Assembly (NCBI GenBank): GCA_013265495.1
Contig: MU058781.1
Location: forward strand, 6,290,522 to 6,354,521
Source of the DNA: Vicugna vicugna
Taxonomy: Eukaryota
Length of the DNA stretch: 64,000 nt
Direction: 5' to 3'
Position 1 is the stretch's first letter. Every line of letters starts with the position of its first letter. The notes beneath the pieces were generated by a model, which ran no database searches, was not told the origin of the DNA, and saw only the letters and a list, made by a program, of their open reading frames with translations. Below are positions 37,038 to 50,250 of this stretch, one piece after another. The position numbers and the translations under genes were made by a program.

Positions 37038-37401
37038 GATACCTGCCCACTATGTCTATCCGCAGGCTTTCGTGCAGCCGGGGGTGGTCATCCCCCACGT
37101 GCAGCCCACGGCGGCCGCCGCCTCCACCACACCTTACATCGACTACACCGGCGCCGCGTACGCACAGTACTCGGCCGCCGCGGCCGCCGCCGCCGCGGCC
37201 GCCGCCTACGAGCAGTACCCGTACGCCGCCTCCCCCGCCGCCGCGGGCTACGTCACCGCCGGGGGCTACGGCTACGCCGTGCAGCAGCCAATCACCGCCG
37301 CCGCGCCTGGGACCGCGGCCGCCGCCGCCGCCGCCGCGGCCGCCGCCGCCGCCTTCGGCCAGTACCAGCCCCAGCAGCTGCAGACGGACCGGATGCAATA
37401 G
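37038..37401 (+). CDS. RBM24: RBM24 coding exon 4 (Ala/Tyr/Pro-rich C-terminus, two poly-Ala tracts, YPYAASP motif with Ser181), stop TAG
   Basis: Acceptor tttctcaacag|G; encodes (G)[15 protein letters not shown]...QLQTDRMQ*; total CDS is 168+124+55+364 = 711 nt = 236 aa, the length I recall for mammalian RBM24. Confidence 0.97.
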
Positions 37402-39190
37402 GCCAGCCCTCCGATCAAAGTCGAATTGTTTCTCTTTTCCCTCCCGATTCCCCAATTTTCAGTAGCTAATCAGAGCGTTAACGTTGACTTAACAGCTTTA
37501 AAAAAAAAAAAGCTATGCTATTGTGAAGCAGAATTATTATTATTATTTTTAATACTCCAGTAGGGTTCTAGATGTGAAAGAGATGAGAGTGAGGGGGAGT
37601 GGGCGCAGTTTTGGAAATCAAACCCAAAGAGCCTGAGTAACTGAAAGGCCGCTACGAAATGCCGGCAGGAGTAACAATGGAACTTCACTTTTATAAATGG
37701 GATTTTTATTTTTGCTCTTTTTATAGTATCAGGGAAGCAAACTGCCTTTTACAAGTTAGAAAATGCTATTTGAATCCAGTTGAACCAGGGAATACAGAGT
37801 GAGCAATATGTAGCTTGAATTACATTTAAAATCAGATTTTTAAAAAAAATGGTGAAAGCACTGATTGTCATTTTTCGCAGTCACTATGGCCTGGAGAACT
37901 TTTTGAGGTAAGAAGGTAGTGTTCTTACTCTTTGAAAAATGGGCATCGAACAATCAATCTAGGAGCGTGGCAGTGGGTGAAATAGTGGACAGGCACCAAA
38001 GCTATTTTCTCATCTACGCAGTGGATGAGTGGGACTGTGAAACAAGTGATGTGGAAATGAATGGGTGCAACAGCTGTACAGACAATCAATAACACACACA
38101 GTTCTGGAAAGAATACATCACTTGTGCTTGTGTGATGAGCTTGTCACATTCTAATCCCTCTCCCCATCCTGTTTCAATTTTGGGAAACTTGTATCTGCTG
38201 GTGTCAGCAATTCTGATTCTGAAATAGGATCAGGCTTTTCCTACAACAGCCTTCTCTTTCTATTTATTGTGTCGACTCGTGGCTTATGATTAAAGGCAGG
38301 CAAAGTTTGCAGACTCTAAACCCTTAAGAACTGTCTTAAGGACATTTATTTTTTGTTCCCTTTTTAAATAATTTTACACTTTTTAGTATCTATTTCAGAG
38401 TCATATTTAAGACTATTTATTAGTGAATACAGTACATGAGACAACAAGGTTACTGAGATTACAATTCTTCAAAGGTTAATGATAATGTGGTTTATACTGT
38501 GCCTTAATAGTAATGCTATTTAAGATATTTATTTTTAAGTTTTACTATGCTGCACTCTAAAGAAAGGAACTTTAGATGTGACACTGTAAAATTATGTATT
38601 CATCTCATGGCATAAATTATTTAGTAGGTCTAGATGTAGCATATTAAATATTAACCTATTCAACTAAAGATGTTGACTTGGATTTATTTAAATTCATATG
38701 TGCACTGTATAAGAGAGTACTCTTACATTAACACATTTTAGTTTATTTTAGGCTTTAGGTTTTTTTAAACAGGATCTATTGCTAGTTTCACGCTTCCTTC
38801 TCCGATTTTTGCTTGTGTAACTCATTTATGGGTACTTCATTAGTTTAACACCCTTACATAGTTTATGTAGTTTTCTAAATGCTGCTTTACATTTTTCTTC
38901 TGAAACTGCAATACTTGCAATTTTTATTCTAAAACTAAATTGAATACTATTTTACACTGTATTGGATTTTTATACTTGAACAATTTCATACAAGGGAAGA
39001 CAGGTTAGCATTTTTATGGACTTTCTCCATTATCACTGGATTTAAGTATTCCCATACTAGACAGTATTATGTAATGTAGACATGACTCTCCTGTGCAAAT
39101 TATTTATTCATTGTGTATATTGCTTTATAACATTTCAGATCTTCTAATCTATTCACTTGTATTAAATATAATTTTTAAAAACTTCTGTTG
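37402..39190 (+). other. RBM24: RBM24 3' UTR (AU-rich, no recognisable transposon)
   Basis: Follows the stop codon; AU-rich with many TATTTAT motifs and miRNA seed matches; ends after ATTAAA. The end position is approximate. Confidence 0.75.
39161..39166 (+). terminator. Polyadenylation signal ATTAAA of RBM24
   Basis: ATTAAA directly preceded by TGT (TGTA overlap) and followed about 30 nt later by a U/GU-rich element (ctgcttgtttctgatttt). Confidence 0.7.
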
Positions 39191-41489
39191 CACTGCTTGT
39201 TTCTGATTTTATCATAAAGGTGTAATGAGTTTTCCCTTTAACTAGAATTAACGGCCATAATTTATAGGTAACATTTTCAGTGAGGAGAAAGCTCCCCAGA
39301 TGCCCCGTTTTTATACCTTTTAAGTAAATTTCAATAACTCAGTATCTGCCTTATGTTTAGTGAATGACAGAGGTCTTCCTCCAACAGTGAGCCTTAAAGG
39401 ACTATTCATGGATAATTGGTTACTGGAAGATGGCTTGGAAGAAGTGGGCTGTAGAGGGGCACAGTCGGTTGGAAGCTGGAGAAACACAGAAACTGAGGTT
39501 TGACAAACCTCACAGGTAAACTTCACAGGTAAACTGAGGTTTGGTGCTAGCCTCTACCGTGTTCTAGCTATATGCATGGGACACATTGCTTTTTGTAATC
39601 CACTTCTAGGGTGAGGTTTTTATTGATTTCTCATCTATAATATTGGGACGGTAATATCTAATCTTATCCTAGTTATTTAAATAGTAAATAAAATAAAGTA
39701 TACCAACTACTTGACACAGAGTCAAGTGTATAGTAAACTCTAGATAAATGATTCCTGCTAGTAGTTGTAATGCTGTATAGCAAAATCTAACCAAGGAGGA
39801 AATCACCTATTAGTATGTTTCCATTTTTAAATTTCAGTCCACAATGATGTGGCAATATCTAATAAGGTGTGTATTAGAACATCAAATGAATATGTCATAT
39901 TGATTGTCAAAGTGTATATGGTAAATTAATTATGGAATGTGTTGTCTATTGCTCCTTTGGTCTTAATATTGCCCAAACCAATGGTATAATTTCTTTTACT
40001 GAATTCCAAGAGTTTTTAAAAACTACAAGTAGCAGAAAGTTATAACAGATTGCATCACATTTTCTTCTTTATGACAGCTATCATCCTATTTAGAGCCATC
40101 ACATTCTCCAACTTTAACTGCCTTTAATTTTCCAAAGATAAATAGATACCACCTTATCCCTAGGGAGAGATATTATTGTGCCCCGAGGTTTTATCTTGGA
40201 TCAGTAAAATAATTTCTAAGCTACTTAATTCAGTCATTGCAGCAATGATTATTTTATTCCAGAAGACGTGTTCTACATTCAATGTTTCGGATTTATGAAA
40301 GGTCACTTTTGTCCTCCATAAGTCATATATTGATTGCTGAGCTTTAAAATGAAACATTATTTGATTTATCGATTAAAAATAGGTCAGACAGTTCTGGGAA
40401 AAGCTTGTCCAAAATAGCCATACTCAGGGAAGCCAAAAGTCCACCTAACCCTGACTATGCCTTTCTTGGAGGTATTTGCTGATCTTATACTAATATCAAT
40501 ATGAGCAATTAGAGCAAGATTTTTACTTTATAAAACTAAAGCTGTATTTCTAAAAGTAAATAAATAAAAGTTCTTAATACCTACTAAAGAGGAGAGAGTA
40601 GCCATGATACTGTGTCTACACTGGTCACGAGGCTAGTCGTATTTGTAGAGTTGGAGAAAGCAATGGTCTGAGATGCAAAGAGCTGGCCAGAGTCCTGGTT
40701 TCTTTACTTACCAGCAGGGTAAGCCCTCTAAACTGGTAATGTGGGAGTTGATAGAACCCAACCTAATGGCTCTGTTTCCCTTTCAGATTGTACTGATCAA
40801 ATGAGTTACCTGATCCAAGAGCATTTTAGGAATTCTGAACTATTGGCAAATGAAAATTACATGGTGGGAAAATACACAATATTAATTTGAAAACTGACCT
40901 CAGTTGTCTCGTATGAAAGGACCCTTCCGAAAGAGGACAAAATTATCTCATGATGGTATCTTTTTTCTGTCCCAAGTCACAGCTAAACTAGCTGTACAGC
41001 TAGAGTGGCACAGAACTAATAGTGAAAGATGGAAAGATCGCCCAGATAGCAGAGGGAAGGGGAGATGAGAAGATGATGGAATATATTTCTCTCACAGGGG
41101 AAATATATTTAGCTCTTTCCTCACTCCCATCAAATATTGTTCTTCTTAATTCCCTCTGAGGCTTGAAAGTGTTCATTAAAATGACAGCCTAAGGTTTGGA
41201 GGGGCAGTGGTAAAGAGGAACCAAAAAATACATACATGCATTTTCATACTTTCTTGTGTCCTCGCTTCTCCTTCAAGAGTTCCAGACTGTTTCCATGGAA
41301 ATTCTAACTTGGTTTTGCTCAAGTACTTCATATAGAAGAGGTTTCATTTTGGGTAGTTGTTCTGAGTGGAATTTTAGAAGTTCAATAATGATTTTTAGCT
41401 AAGTCATTTACATTCCAGGCTTTGAAATCCTGATCATAAATCAAAATGAGAAAGGAATCAGGTAATACATGGATACGCACTTTAAATTT

Positions 41490-41632
41490 TTTATTTTATG
41501 TTTTTGGGAGGGTGAGAGGTAATTAAGTTTATTTGTTTGTTAGTTTATTTTTTTTGAATGGAGGTACTGGGGATTGAACCCAGGACCTCGTGCATGTTAA
41601 GCATGCACTCTACCACTAAGCTATACCCTCCC
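41490..41632 (-). mobile_element. tRNA-derived SINE (Vic-1-like), antisense
   Basis: Reverse complement reads gggagggtatagcttagtggtagagtgcatgcttaacatgcacgaggtcctgggttcaatccccagtacctcca plus an A-rich tail. Confidence 0.85.
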
Positions 41633-42511
41633 TGAACTTTAAAAAATTTTGATAAGGAAAAGGATTTTTAGCTTTGCTCTCATAAATTATTTCTGTCTTG
41701 AAAACTGTACAGTGTTTGGTCATTCTTGACCAACTTCTTCAGAGAGAGTCTATAAAGCGCCCTTCTCTCCACTCACTTGTCTCCTGGACGATGAATGCCA
41801 TTGCTTTTTTAAATCCAAGATGCTACCACTAAGCTATTAATGTATTTTAAGTGAGTTGGAGAATGTGCCATGTTTTCCAGTTTTCCCCTATTAGAGGTAA
41901 TTCTGATTATATCGTAACAGGGGGTGAGTAGCAATCATTATTTCTTTTCATTTAATAGCTCAGATAATGTGTTCATAAGAGGGCAAATATCTCAGACTGA
42001 CTTCCTAAATGAGCACTAAATACAAAAACATAATTTTGCCAAGTAGAGAAGTTGGGTTTTAGCTCTATTTTTAAACTGTGTTCATCTGACAGTCCCAGCC
42101 AGGTATGAACTTGTTGACTTTCTGAAAACGCTGACTCTTGGCTGTGCCACCAGTGCTGTGGGTGCCTCTGTGAGGTAGAGATGGAGCAGGTGCCTTTGGA
42201 GAGTCATACAGCATGTATGCACTTCCATTCTGCATTTGCTTATGTACGTTTTGAAATTTGAGAACATAGTGATGTGAAAAAGAAGTAGAAGAAAATAATG
42301 AAGAAATGAAAAAAGCACTGAGATCTAAAGCATCCCACGAACATCGGTGAAAGGCGGGGAGATGAAGGAGTGGGAGTTGCATGGACCAGATCATGTGAGT
42401 TGAGGGTTTGCCACGAAGGGAGCTACGTAAGGAAGAGAGGGAGAGGTGGCTTGCAGGGTGGCAGGAGACTTCATCTGAGGACGAGGAGTGGGGGATCATT
42501 TAAAGGACACT

Positions 42512-42626
42512 TACTAAGCTCAGGGGTAGAGCACATGCCTAGCACGCACGATGTCCTTGTTTCGATCCCCGGTACCTCCATTCAAAATAAATAAACCTAA
42601 TTATTACCCCCACCTCCAAAATAAAA
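42512..42626 (+). mobile_element. tRNA-derived SINE (Vic-1-like), 5'-clipped, with TSD
   Basis: agctcaggggtagagcacatgcctagcacgcacgatgtcc…tcgatccccggtacctcca; TSD TAAAGGACACT at 42501-42511 and 42627-42637. Confidence 0.85.
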
Positions 42627-43692
42627 TAAAGGACACTAATGAGATACCTAATTTTCTAGTGAAAAAAAAACAATTAGGGCAACAGCTGAATTTTTGAACT
42701 GTGCTTGCATAGATTTACACATTTTTAAAAAAAGGAGTATATTCTTTGTAACTGAAAACTTTCAGAAACAGACAATTATGGTGCCTCTAGCAGGATCTGG
42801 TAGAGCTTCATCGTGGCTCTAGAGTCTAGGGATAGGGAACAGTGGCCTTCTATTATCTATTGTCACCTTCCATTTTAAGCGGACAAGAGCATCAGAAGAA
42901 AGAGTGAGGAAGATTAAAGAAAAGGTATTTACCTTGCTAACCAGCATACTTTCCTCCAGCGTGTGACAAGGTCATTTGTGGCTGAGAAAGGTGGGCCCTT
43001 AGCATCGGTATTTGCACACGCTACGCTGCTTCTGTCTCGATGCTGGTCACTTCTCTTGGTGGACCTTCGGAGAGACTACAGGAAGTTCGCAAAGGGATGC
43101 AAGGAAGTGGCCTGCACCACTAAACACATGCTGTGTACCAGGTACTTGTATTTACTCCTCATTAAACATAAGGTATGAAATGGTATCCCCAATGGGTGAT
43201 GAGTAACCTGCCCCAGGTCATCAAGTCAGCATGGTGCAGAACCAGGATGTCAAGGTCGGGTGGCCTGAAACCACATCCTGGGTGCCCACCACCTCACCCA
43301 GCTGCTTCCTGACTCTGTTCTTTCTAGTGAACCCTATGCACTTTCCCTGGGTTCCTTAGACAGAGCCACTGGTTCCTGGTCCTCCATATCCTATGACACA
43401 CAAGCATGTGACCACTGAGTTAGTGGAGGTTAAATTCCTGCATATAGGTATGAATTCCTGGGAAGAGTGGGGGTAGAAGATGCCAGGGGGCTGAGGAAGT
43501 GTTGCCCTGAGCAAATTTGCTTCATTCCCAATTACAGTTGAATCCACTCTTTTTTTTTTAAACCTTTGGCCTGACATCTAATTGTTCTTTCTGTACCTGC
43601 TTATCAGTGGGAACCGTATTTAAAAAACTATACCTAATGCCAATTTTCCACATGATGCCTACCTCATCAATAATATTTTAAAAACACTCCAT

Positions 43693-43955
43693 ATAGAGAA
43701 CAAACTAGTGGTTACCAGTGAGGAGAGGCAATGGGGGAAGGACAACATTGGAGGAGGGGTTTAAGAGGTATGAAACTACTGTGTATAAAATACATAAGCT
43801 ACAAGGGTATCTTGCACAGCACAGGTAACACAATATTTTATAATAACTATAAATGGAGAATAATCTTTAAAAATCATGAATCACTGTGTTGTTTACATGA
43901 AACATATAATATTGTAAATCAACTATACCTCAATTAGAAAAATAAGTAAATAAAA
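43693..43955 (+). mobile_element. LINE-1 3' UTR fragment with TSD
   Basis: atagagaacaaactagtggttaccagtg…aatcaactatacctcaat plus A-rich tail; TSD TAAAAACACTCCAT at 43679-43692 and 43956-43969. Confidence 0.88.
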
Positions 43956-44353
43956 TAAAAACACTCCATGTGCTCATCAGCGACCATGTTCAGCAACATG
44001 CTTGGCATAAACCAGTGTCCAATGGAAAGGTAATACACAGAGGGGGTGTGTAACTGGCCAAATGGAAAGTTAAAGCAAGTGTCTGAAGTCCCAGGACGAA
44101 TCAATGGGGGATTTTAAGTACAAAATCTTACCTCACAGAGTCTTTGTTTGGTGTTTTCCCTGCAGCTCTGGCTGTCGCTTTCAAAGAGTCATTCTGTGTC
44201 ATAGATCTTTATCAGAAAACGAATACTGGTAATAGTCAACATCAAACTGAACACTTTTTATTACCATCATTCACATTTTTACTTTAAACGTCTAGATTTT
44301 TGGCTACCATTTACTGGGCATCCACTTATGCCAGGCAGTGCATACATTATCTT

Positions 44354-44874
44354 TTTTCTCTTTTTTCCTTTTTAAAAATTGAAGTATGGTTACTGTACAA
44401 TATTATATAGGTTACAGGTGTCCAGTATAATAATTCACAGTTTTTAAAGGTTATATGCCTTTTATAATTATTACCAAATATTGGCTGTATTTCCCATGTT
44501 GTACAATATATCCTTGTAGCTTATTTTATACCTAGTAGTTTGTACCTCTTACTCCCCTAGCCCCTCCCCACTTCCCTCTCCCCACTAACTGCTAGTTTGT
44601 TCTATCTGTGAGCCTGCTTCTTTTATGTTATATTCACTATTTTGTTGTATTTTTTTGATTCCACATATAAGTACATTATACAGTATTTGTTTTTCTCTAT
44701 CTGACTTATTTCACTTAGATAATACCCTCCAAGTCCATCCATGTTGCTGCAGATGGCAAGATTTCATTCTTTTTTGTGGCTGAGTAATATTCCGTTGTGT
44801 ATGTATACCACATCATCTTTATCCATTCACCTGTTGATGGACACTTAGGTTGCTTCCATATCTTGGCGACTGTC
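44354..44874 (-). mobile_element. 5'-truncated LINE-1 with 15-bp TSD, inserted in a MIR-like element
   Basis: TSD TGCATACATTATCTT at 44339-44353 and 44875-44889; antisense L1 ORF2 end and 3' UTR. Confidence 0.9.
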
Positions 44875-47800
44875 TGCATACATTATCTTCAGTCCTCACA
44901 GCCTCACTCTAGGCTTGGCATTATTATCTTCATTTGACGTAGAGGTTAATGTAATTTGCCTAAAATCATAACTGAAGCTGATAGAGCTGTGAGCTGAAAC
45001 CCAAGTCTGGATGATGCCAAAGACTACCACTAGATTATTTGAAATCTCTTTCTGTGTCACTAAGAATTGTCTCAGGAACTCTTAAGGGAAGTTTAATACA
45101 CATGCCTTCAGTTCTATGGACTCTGGGGTCAAAACCAAATCCAAGGACCCTGAGGCAAGTTATTTGTATGATTAAAACCCTTTAAAAGTATAAAGATATA
45201 TATAAAGACAGCATAGCACAAATGCCTCAGTGCTCATTTTCTTAATTTAATTTCTTTCGTCAACATTTGTTTAGTCATAGGACTAAGGATTAGAATGGCT
45301 ATGTGGTCATCCTGATCTCCAGCCACCTGTGCTTTGGGGGGAAGGGTATTATACTGAGATTTATTATTATAAACAGCTATAAAATTAAATAAGCATATTT
45401 GTCAAAGAATGTCGGATAATTATAGACTTTTAATAAACATTGCCAATTTTAATAATAACAACATTGGATTTAAATGTAGAACATAGCTATTAAAGGTGTT
45501 CAAGTCAGATAGTTCAAGTCATCTGCCATTAATAGCTTGACTGCCCCAGTGACAACTAAGAGGAACTTAAGGAGAAGAGGCAAACCTGGAGAAGAAAAAT
45601 GCCAGAAACAGGAGCCCTAGCAGCTTGGGGACGGCTGAGTGAGAGGAAGGCACAGGGTCCTCACTTGCAGAGAATCTGAGGAGTGAGACTGACTGGTAAA
45701 AGAAGTCATCATACTTGCCCCTTAAAGCACGCATGTGGAATGGCTTTATGTCCTGGGCATACCAGGAATCTTGATTAATTCACACTTCCACAACAGCTGC
45801 ATTTCTTATCATCTTTGGCATATTTCTTCAGAAAGCACAAAGCCTCTTATCTTGCAAACATTCTCTCTCGGGACTGCTGTCTCTTTCAGCTGCTTAGAAG
45901 CCACATCCCTTAAATCTCCCAGCTGTCTTTCTTACCTTTCAGCCCTGGCTTCCTTTATCTGTATGTTTTTTTTTAAATCTTTCCCAGCTGCCACTTTTGG
46001 CACAGTCGTTGTCTCTCAGTCCTCACAGAATGAGACATTTCAGCACTCTGATGTGGGGAGGGAAGAGAACCATTATAACAATGCCTTTGCAAAATTAGCC
46101 CTGAAATCTATCAAAAAAAAATTCATCTCCGCGTTCATACAACCTGTGATCCATGAAGCAACCCTCGCATTTCTGAAAGGAGGAGACACTGAAGAGACTT
46201 GCACAAAGAAATGCCGAAGAGAACCACAGGGCACTTAATTGTCCAAAACAAGAGATTTCTCCCCTTTGAAATGCAGATTCTCTGCAGCAGCAGCTTTACC
46301 AAGTTTATGTAATACCCTCTCAATTGGATAAAATGTTAACTGGCATCCCCGCTGTATACACGAAGGTAAATGCTGCAAGCTGGTGACAAATCTCATTTTG
46401 TCCTGGAAACTGGTTGGTTTCACTTGCCTGCTGGAGTTGATGCTAAGCTTCTGTAATCAATGTGATTGCCACACCTCAGGGTTAATTCATTTAAGATAAT
46501 TTTAATAGTTCTGTGAGGTTACCAGATTTTCTTACCATGGTGGATTCTGAGCGATGAAGAGAAACAATATAATCTTAGTTTGAGGAGATTAAAAAAATAT
46601 ATATGTAATAAGGGCTTGAGGACCTCTGAAAAACGAAAGGAAAACTTTTGGGGATACCACACCGCTAGGCACAGATAGGAGGGTCTGGCTTGGCAGTTGT
46701 TATTCATATATTCCCACTCAAGAAATCCTCCAAAATTACAGAGGTCCTGAGAAATACCCTGGTTTGGGGTTGGCCAGTATTGCTCTCTTCTATATTAATC
46801 TAGGAAATTTGAGCAAATTTGTCAAACTATCTTTGTGTTGCTAGTATGCTATAAAGAGTATTATTCCAAAGGATGGTATCAACCAATATTGAAGGTAAAT
46901 CTCTTGATTGTATAGAAATCCATAGCAACTATGCTTGGAATAAACGGGAACGAACTTTTTATATACTTAATTAAGTCCAGGTTCTTAGGTTGAGGGGAAA
47001 TCAACAAGCAGGGTTCATCCAAGCTGGATTTATTCATTTTGATTGTCTGCTCAATCAGATCATTTGCCGTATCTGAATGTATTCTGTAAAAACCCGCACT
47101 GATTATAATCTGCCAGAAAGAACTGTTGAACACACACACACATCTACATGTTACAAAGGGAAAACTCTTTCTAGCTTTTCCTAATTAGATATCAGTTTGG
47201 ATCTTGATAGAAATAGGTTGTGCTGGAAGGGTGGAAGCTCTGTAACTCTAAACGATGAATTGGTGTCATATTTGAGGTCCTGCAATTCCAAACATCATCA
47301 GCTCAGCATTTCATAGTCCTAGGGCAGACGAGTGATACAGCCAGTGGATTCTACAAATTATAATTTAAAAACAAAAGATGTATATAAGCATGAAAGATAC
47401 AATTATTTTTCATTTCCAGAGTCATTCTTACTCTTTTTTTGTTGTTGTTCTAACAGTGTTCCATTTTCCTTTCTTGTTACAATGGTATCAACACTAAAAT
47501 TTAATCTCTGGGCATTTCCTATGTATAAGACATATCACACATACTACATTTTTCTGGGATTTTGCTCCTATGTGATAGTCAATGGATGGCAGTTAACATT
47601 CCCTGGACGTTATTAATTTTTATGAGCTCTTTGGATAAGTGACTTTTTTAAAACCTCTGATAGAATCAACCAGGAGTAACTAGAATGGTGGAAACCAATT
47701 TCTTAAAATTAAAATTTTCACCGTTTTATAAATCAGTTATCTTTCTTTTAATTATTCCAGGGGAATTATTTGCAGTGGTAACCATAAAATTTTAATCATT

Positions 47801-48049
47801 TTCATGATTTTGGTTATGTCGAATTAGATATACCTAGTATATGTTTATAGATTCTCTAGACACAGAGGAGATGTCAGTTAACGCAGACATGAATCTAAGC
47901 ATAAAAGCTATTAAAGGACTATGGGACCATGCAAATGCATCAAAGAATGACGCAAAGTATTCTTTAAGGGCAAGAAAATTTAAATAACGTGTACCATAGT
48001 GTGAAGAATCATACATTTGAACAGAGAGAGGTATCAAAGTATTTAACAG

Positions 48050-48535
48050 TTCCAGTGTCCATTGTGGTATAACAGACCACCCCCAAACCTAGGGGTGTAA
48101 AGTCAAAAGCAGTAATTTTTCATATTTGCTGTCCTGTGGGTCTGAAATTCAGAAAGGGCACAGTGGGGACAGCCCTTCTCTGCTGTATATTGTCTGTTCT
48201 AGACTCAGCAAACATGGTTAGAATGGCCAAGGTGGCTGGAATGCATGGTAGTCCAGACAGCTGGGCTCTGGAGGATCACTTCAAAGACGGTAGATGTATG
48301 GCAGTCCCAAGGCTGCCTGACTTCCTAGACAACAGCTCAGAACTTCAGTGAACAAGGGAGGAGCTGCATGACCGCTCCTGGCCGAGCCTGAGAAGTTATG
48401 TAGCATCACTTGTGCCACAGTCTGTGGATTCCAAGTGAGTCACTAAGGCCAACCTAGACTCAGTGATGGAGGACTTAGACCTCACCTCTTGATGGGAGGA
48501 ATGAGAAATATTTGGCGCCACCTTTAGAATTGCTG
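48050..48535 (-). mobile_element. MaLR LTR (MLT1 type), antisense
   Basis: ccattgtggtataacagaccaccccaaacc…gcatcacttgtgccacagtctg…acctcacctcttgatgggagg. Confidence 0.6.
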
Positions 48536-50250
48536 TATTAGTAAAGTTTTTTCAATAAATTCATTTACCTTTAATGCCTTTTTTCATCCTAATATCTAAA
48601 AGGGCAGGAGCCTACAACCAGAGGAAGCCGGTAGCCTGGACAATTGGAAGGGCACTGGACTGGGAGGTCAAGGGCTGCAAGTTCAATCCATGCCCCACCA
48701 GTGGTCACCATCATGTGCTTGGGCAAGTCCCGTTACTTCTTTGTCTTCAGTTTCTTTATCTTTAAAGAGTTTAGCCTAAGGAAGCTCAGGAGTTCCTTTC
48801 TTCCAGTTACAATAACCCTGTGATTTTAGTTCAAGTCTCTCCTACTGTGCTCCTAACAGGGCGGCTCTTAAAGCATGTATGAAGCAAAGATAGGAAAAAT
48901 AATTAAAAAGCATTCCTTTGGTAAGTGCTTGATCTTACAATAAATCTTCTAGCACTTTGCATGTTTCAGTGCACTTTTATGTGTATTGAAATGCCTACAC
49001 TAAGAGAACAAAGACATGAGAAAGAGCTTGATGAGAAGGTATTTTGGTGCAAATAGGTTATAATTAAGATTCTGGGTCCAGAGAGAGCTTGCTGGTCAAC
49101 TTGAGAGAAACCTAGTTATGATGTCTGTCTGGAGCGATGACAGCAGTGGCCAATGTCCCTCCCCTCCCCTTTCTCTAGTCACTCAGCCAGGGAAAAGGCT
49201 CTCTTCCTCAGAGAGATAGCTTGAATGACAGCCACCCTCATGTTGCCTTGGGCAAGTATGTACGTAGACCACTAGAGGGGACATCTGTGCCTGCTGGAGT
49301 GAGGCTGAAAAGCTGTGTCACATTTGTCTGGGGCAACAGGGTCCTTGCCTAACAGTGAGATCCATCAATAATCCATGGCCCTGTGGAGAAAGAGCCCTAT
49401 TAATAAGAAATGTTGCTGTTTGTAGAAGACAGAGCCAATGGTGCCCTCGTTCCAGGGAAACCGAATCTGCTCCGAGTGACGCAGAACTCTCTGAACTTTC
49501 CAGTGACACCACCAGATAGCTTAGAGCAGAGGCAATTTTAGAAGATGCATACAGCATCCCACGGTCCTTTCTGCCAGCTTAATCTGTTAGGGTCAAAGTC
49601 TGGTCAAACCATGTTTGACCGATTTGTCAATTGTACTCCAGTAGAAAGGAAGAGAAAGAAAGAAAAAGAAAGAAGGGAGGAAGGAAAGAGGGAAGGAAGA
49701 AACCTGCTCAGAGGTTTGCTTGTTTGTTTGTCTCTAAGACTGGTTGAGGGCACTGAGTTATTTTGGGGCCTTTGGCTTTATATCAGGTCACTGATATTTA
49801 GTATAAAAATGTCATCTGCCTGGTTCTAAATCCAATATGGTAGCCTGAAAATCAATAGAATTCCCAAATCTATTTTTCATTCCATTTAGAGCTCATAATC
49901 TTCTAGATCTGTCTAGTTCTTCTTTATGGTAACCTTTAATTATTAATCCTTCCTTACTTTTAGTTTCTAATTTAAGAGTGCATTAATAGATCGCTCACTA
50001 GGGAGTTTGCCAAAATCATGGCAGGACAAGGTCATTAGCGCATGAAGGCAGGGAGCTCAGTCTTGGAGGTGGACGGATCTGGAACTGAGACTGGGCTCCA
50101 CCACCTGCCAGCTGAGTGACCTTAGGCAAGTTACACAGCCTCTCGAAGTCTCTATTTCCTTCTCTGTAACAGGGGGCTGATGCCTCAGAAAGTTCAAGAG
50201 TGTAAGGCGTGGGCACTCAATAAAGGCTAGATATTTTCATTGTTTTTCTT

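Noticed and set aside
36967..37465. Antisense Gly-rich 162-aa ORF and alternate-frame Pro-rich 137-aa ORF over exon 4
   Set aside because: Shadows of the GCC-rich poly-Ala coding sequence; no independent gene structure.
37402..37563. 53 open codons after the RBM24 stop (possible readthrough)
   Set aside because: Stop context TAG-GCC is not a known leaky motif (such as TGA-CTAG), and the frame crosses an A-run and a TTA repeat that are unlikely to keep frame.
45735..46238. 167-aa ORF in the downstream flank
   Set aside because: GTG start, no recognisable domain and no supporting exon structure; likely chance.
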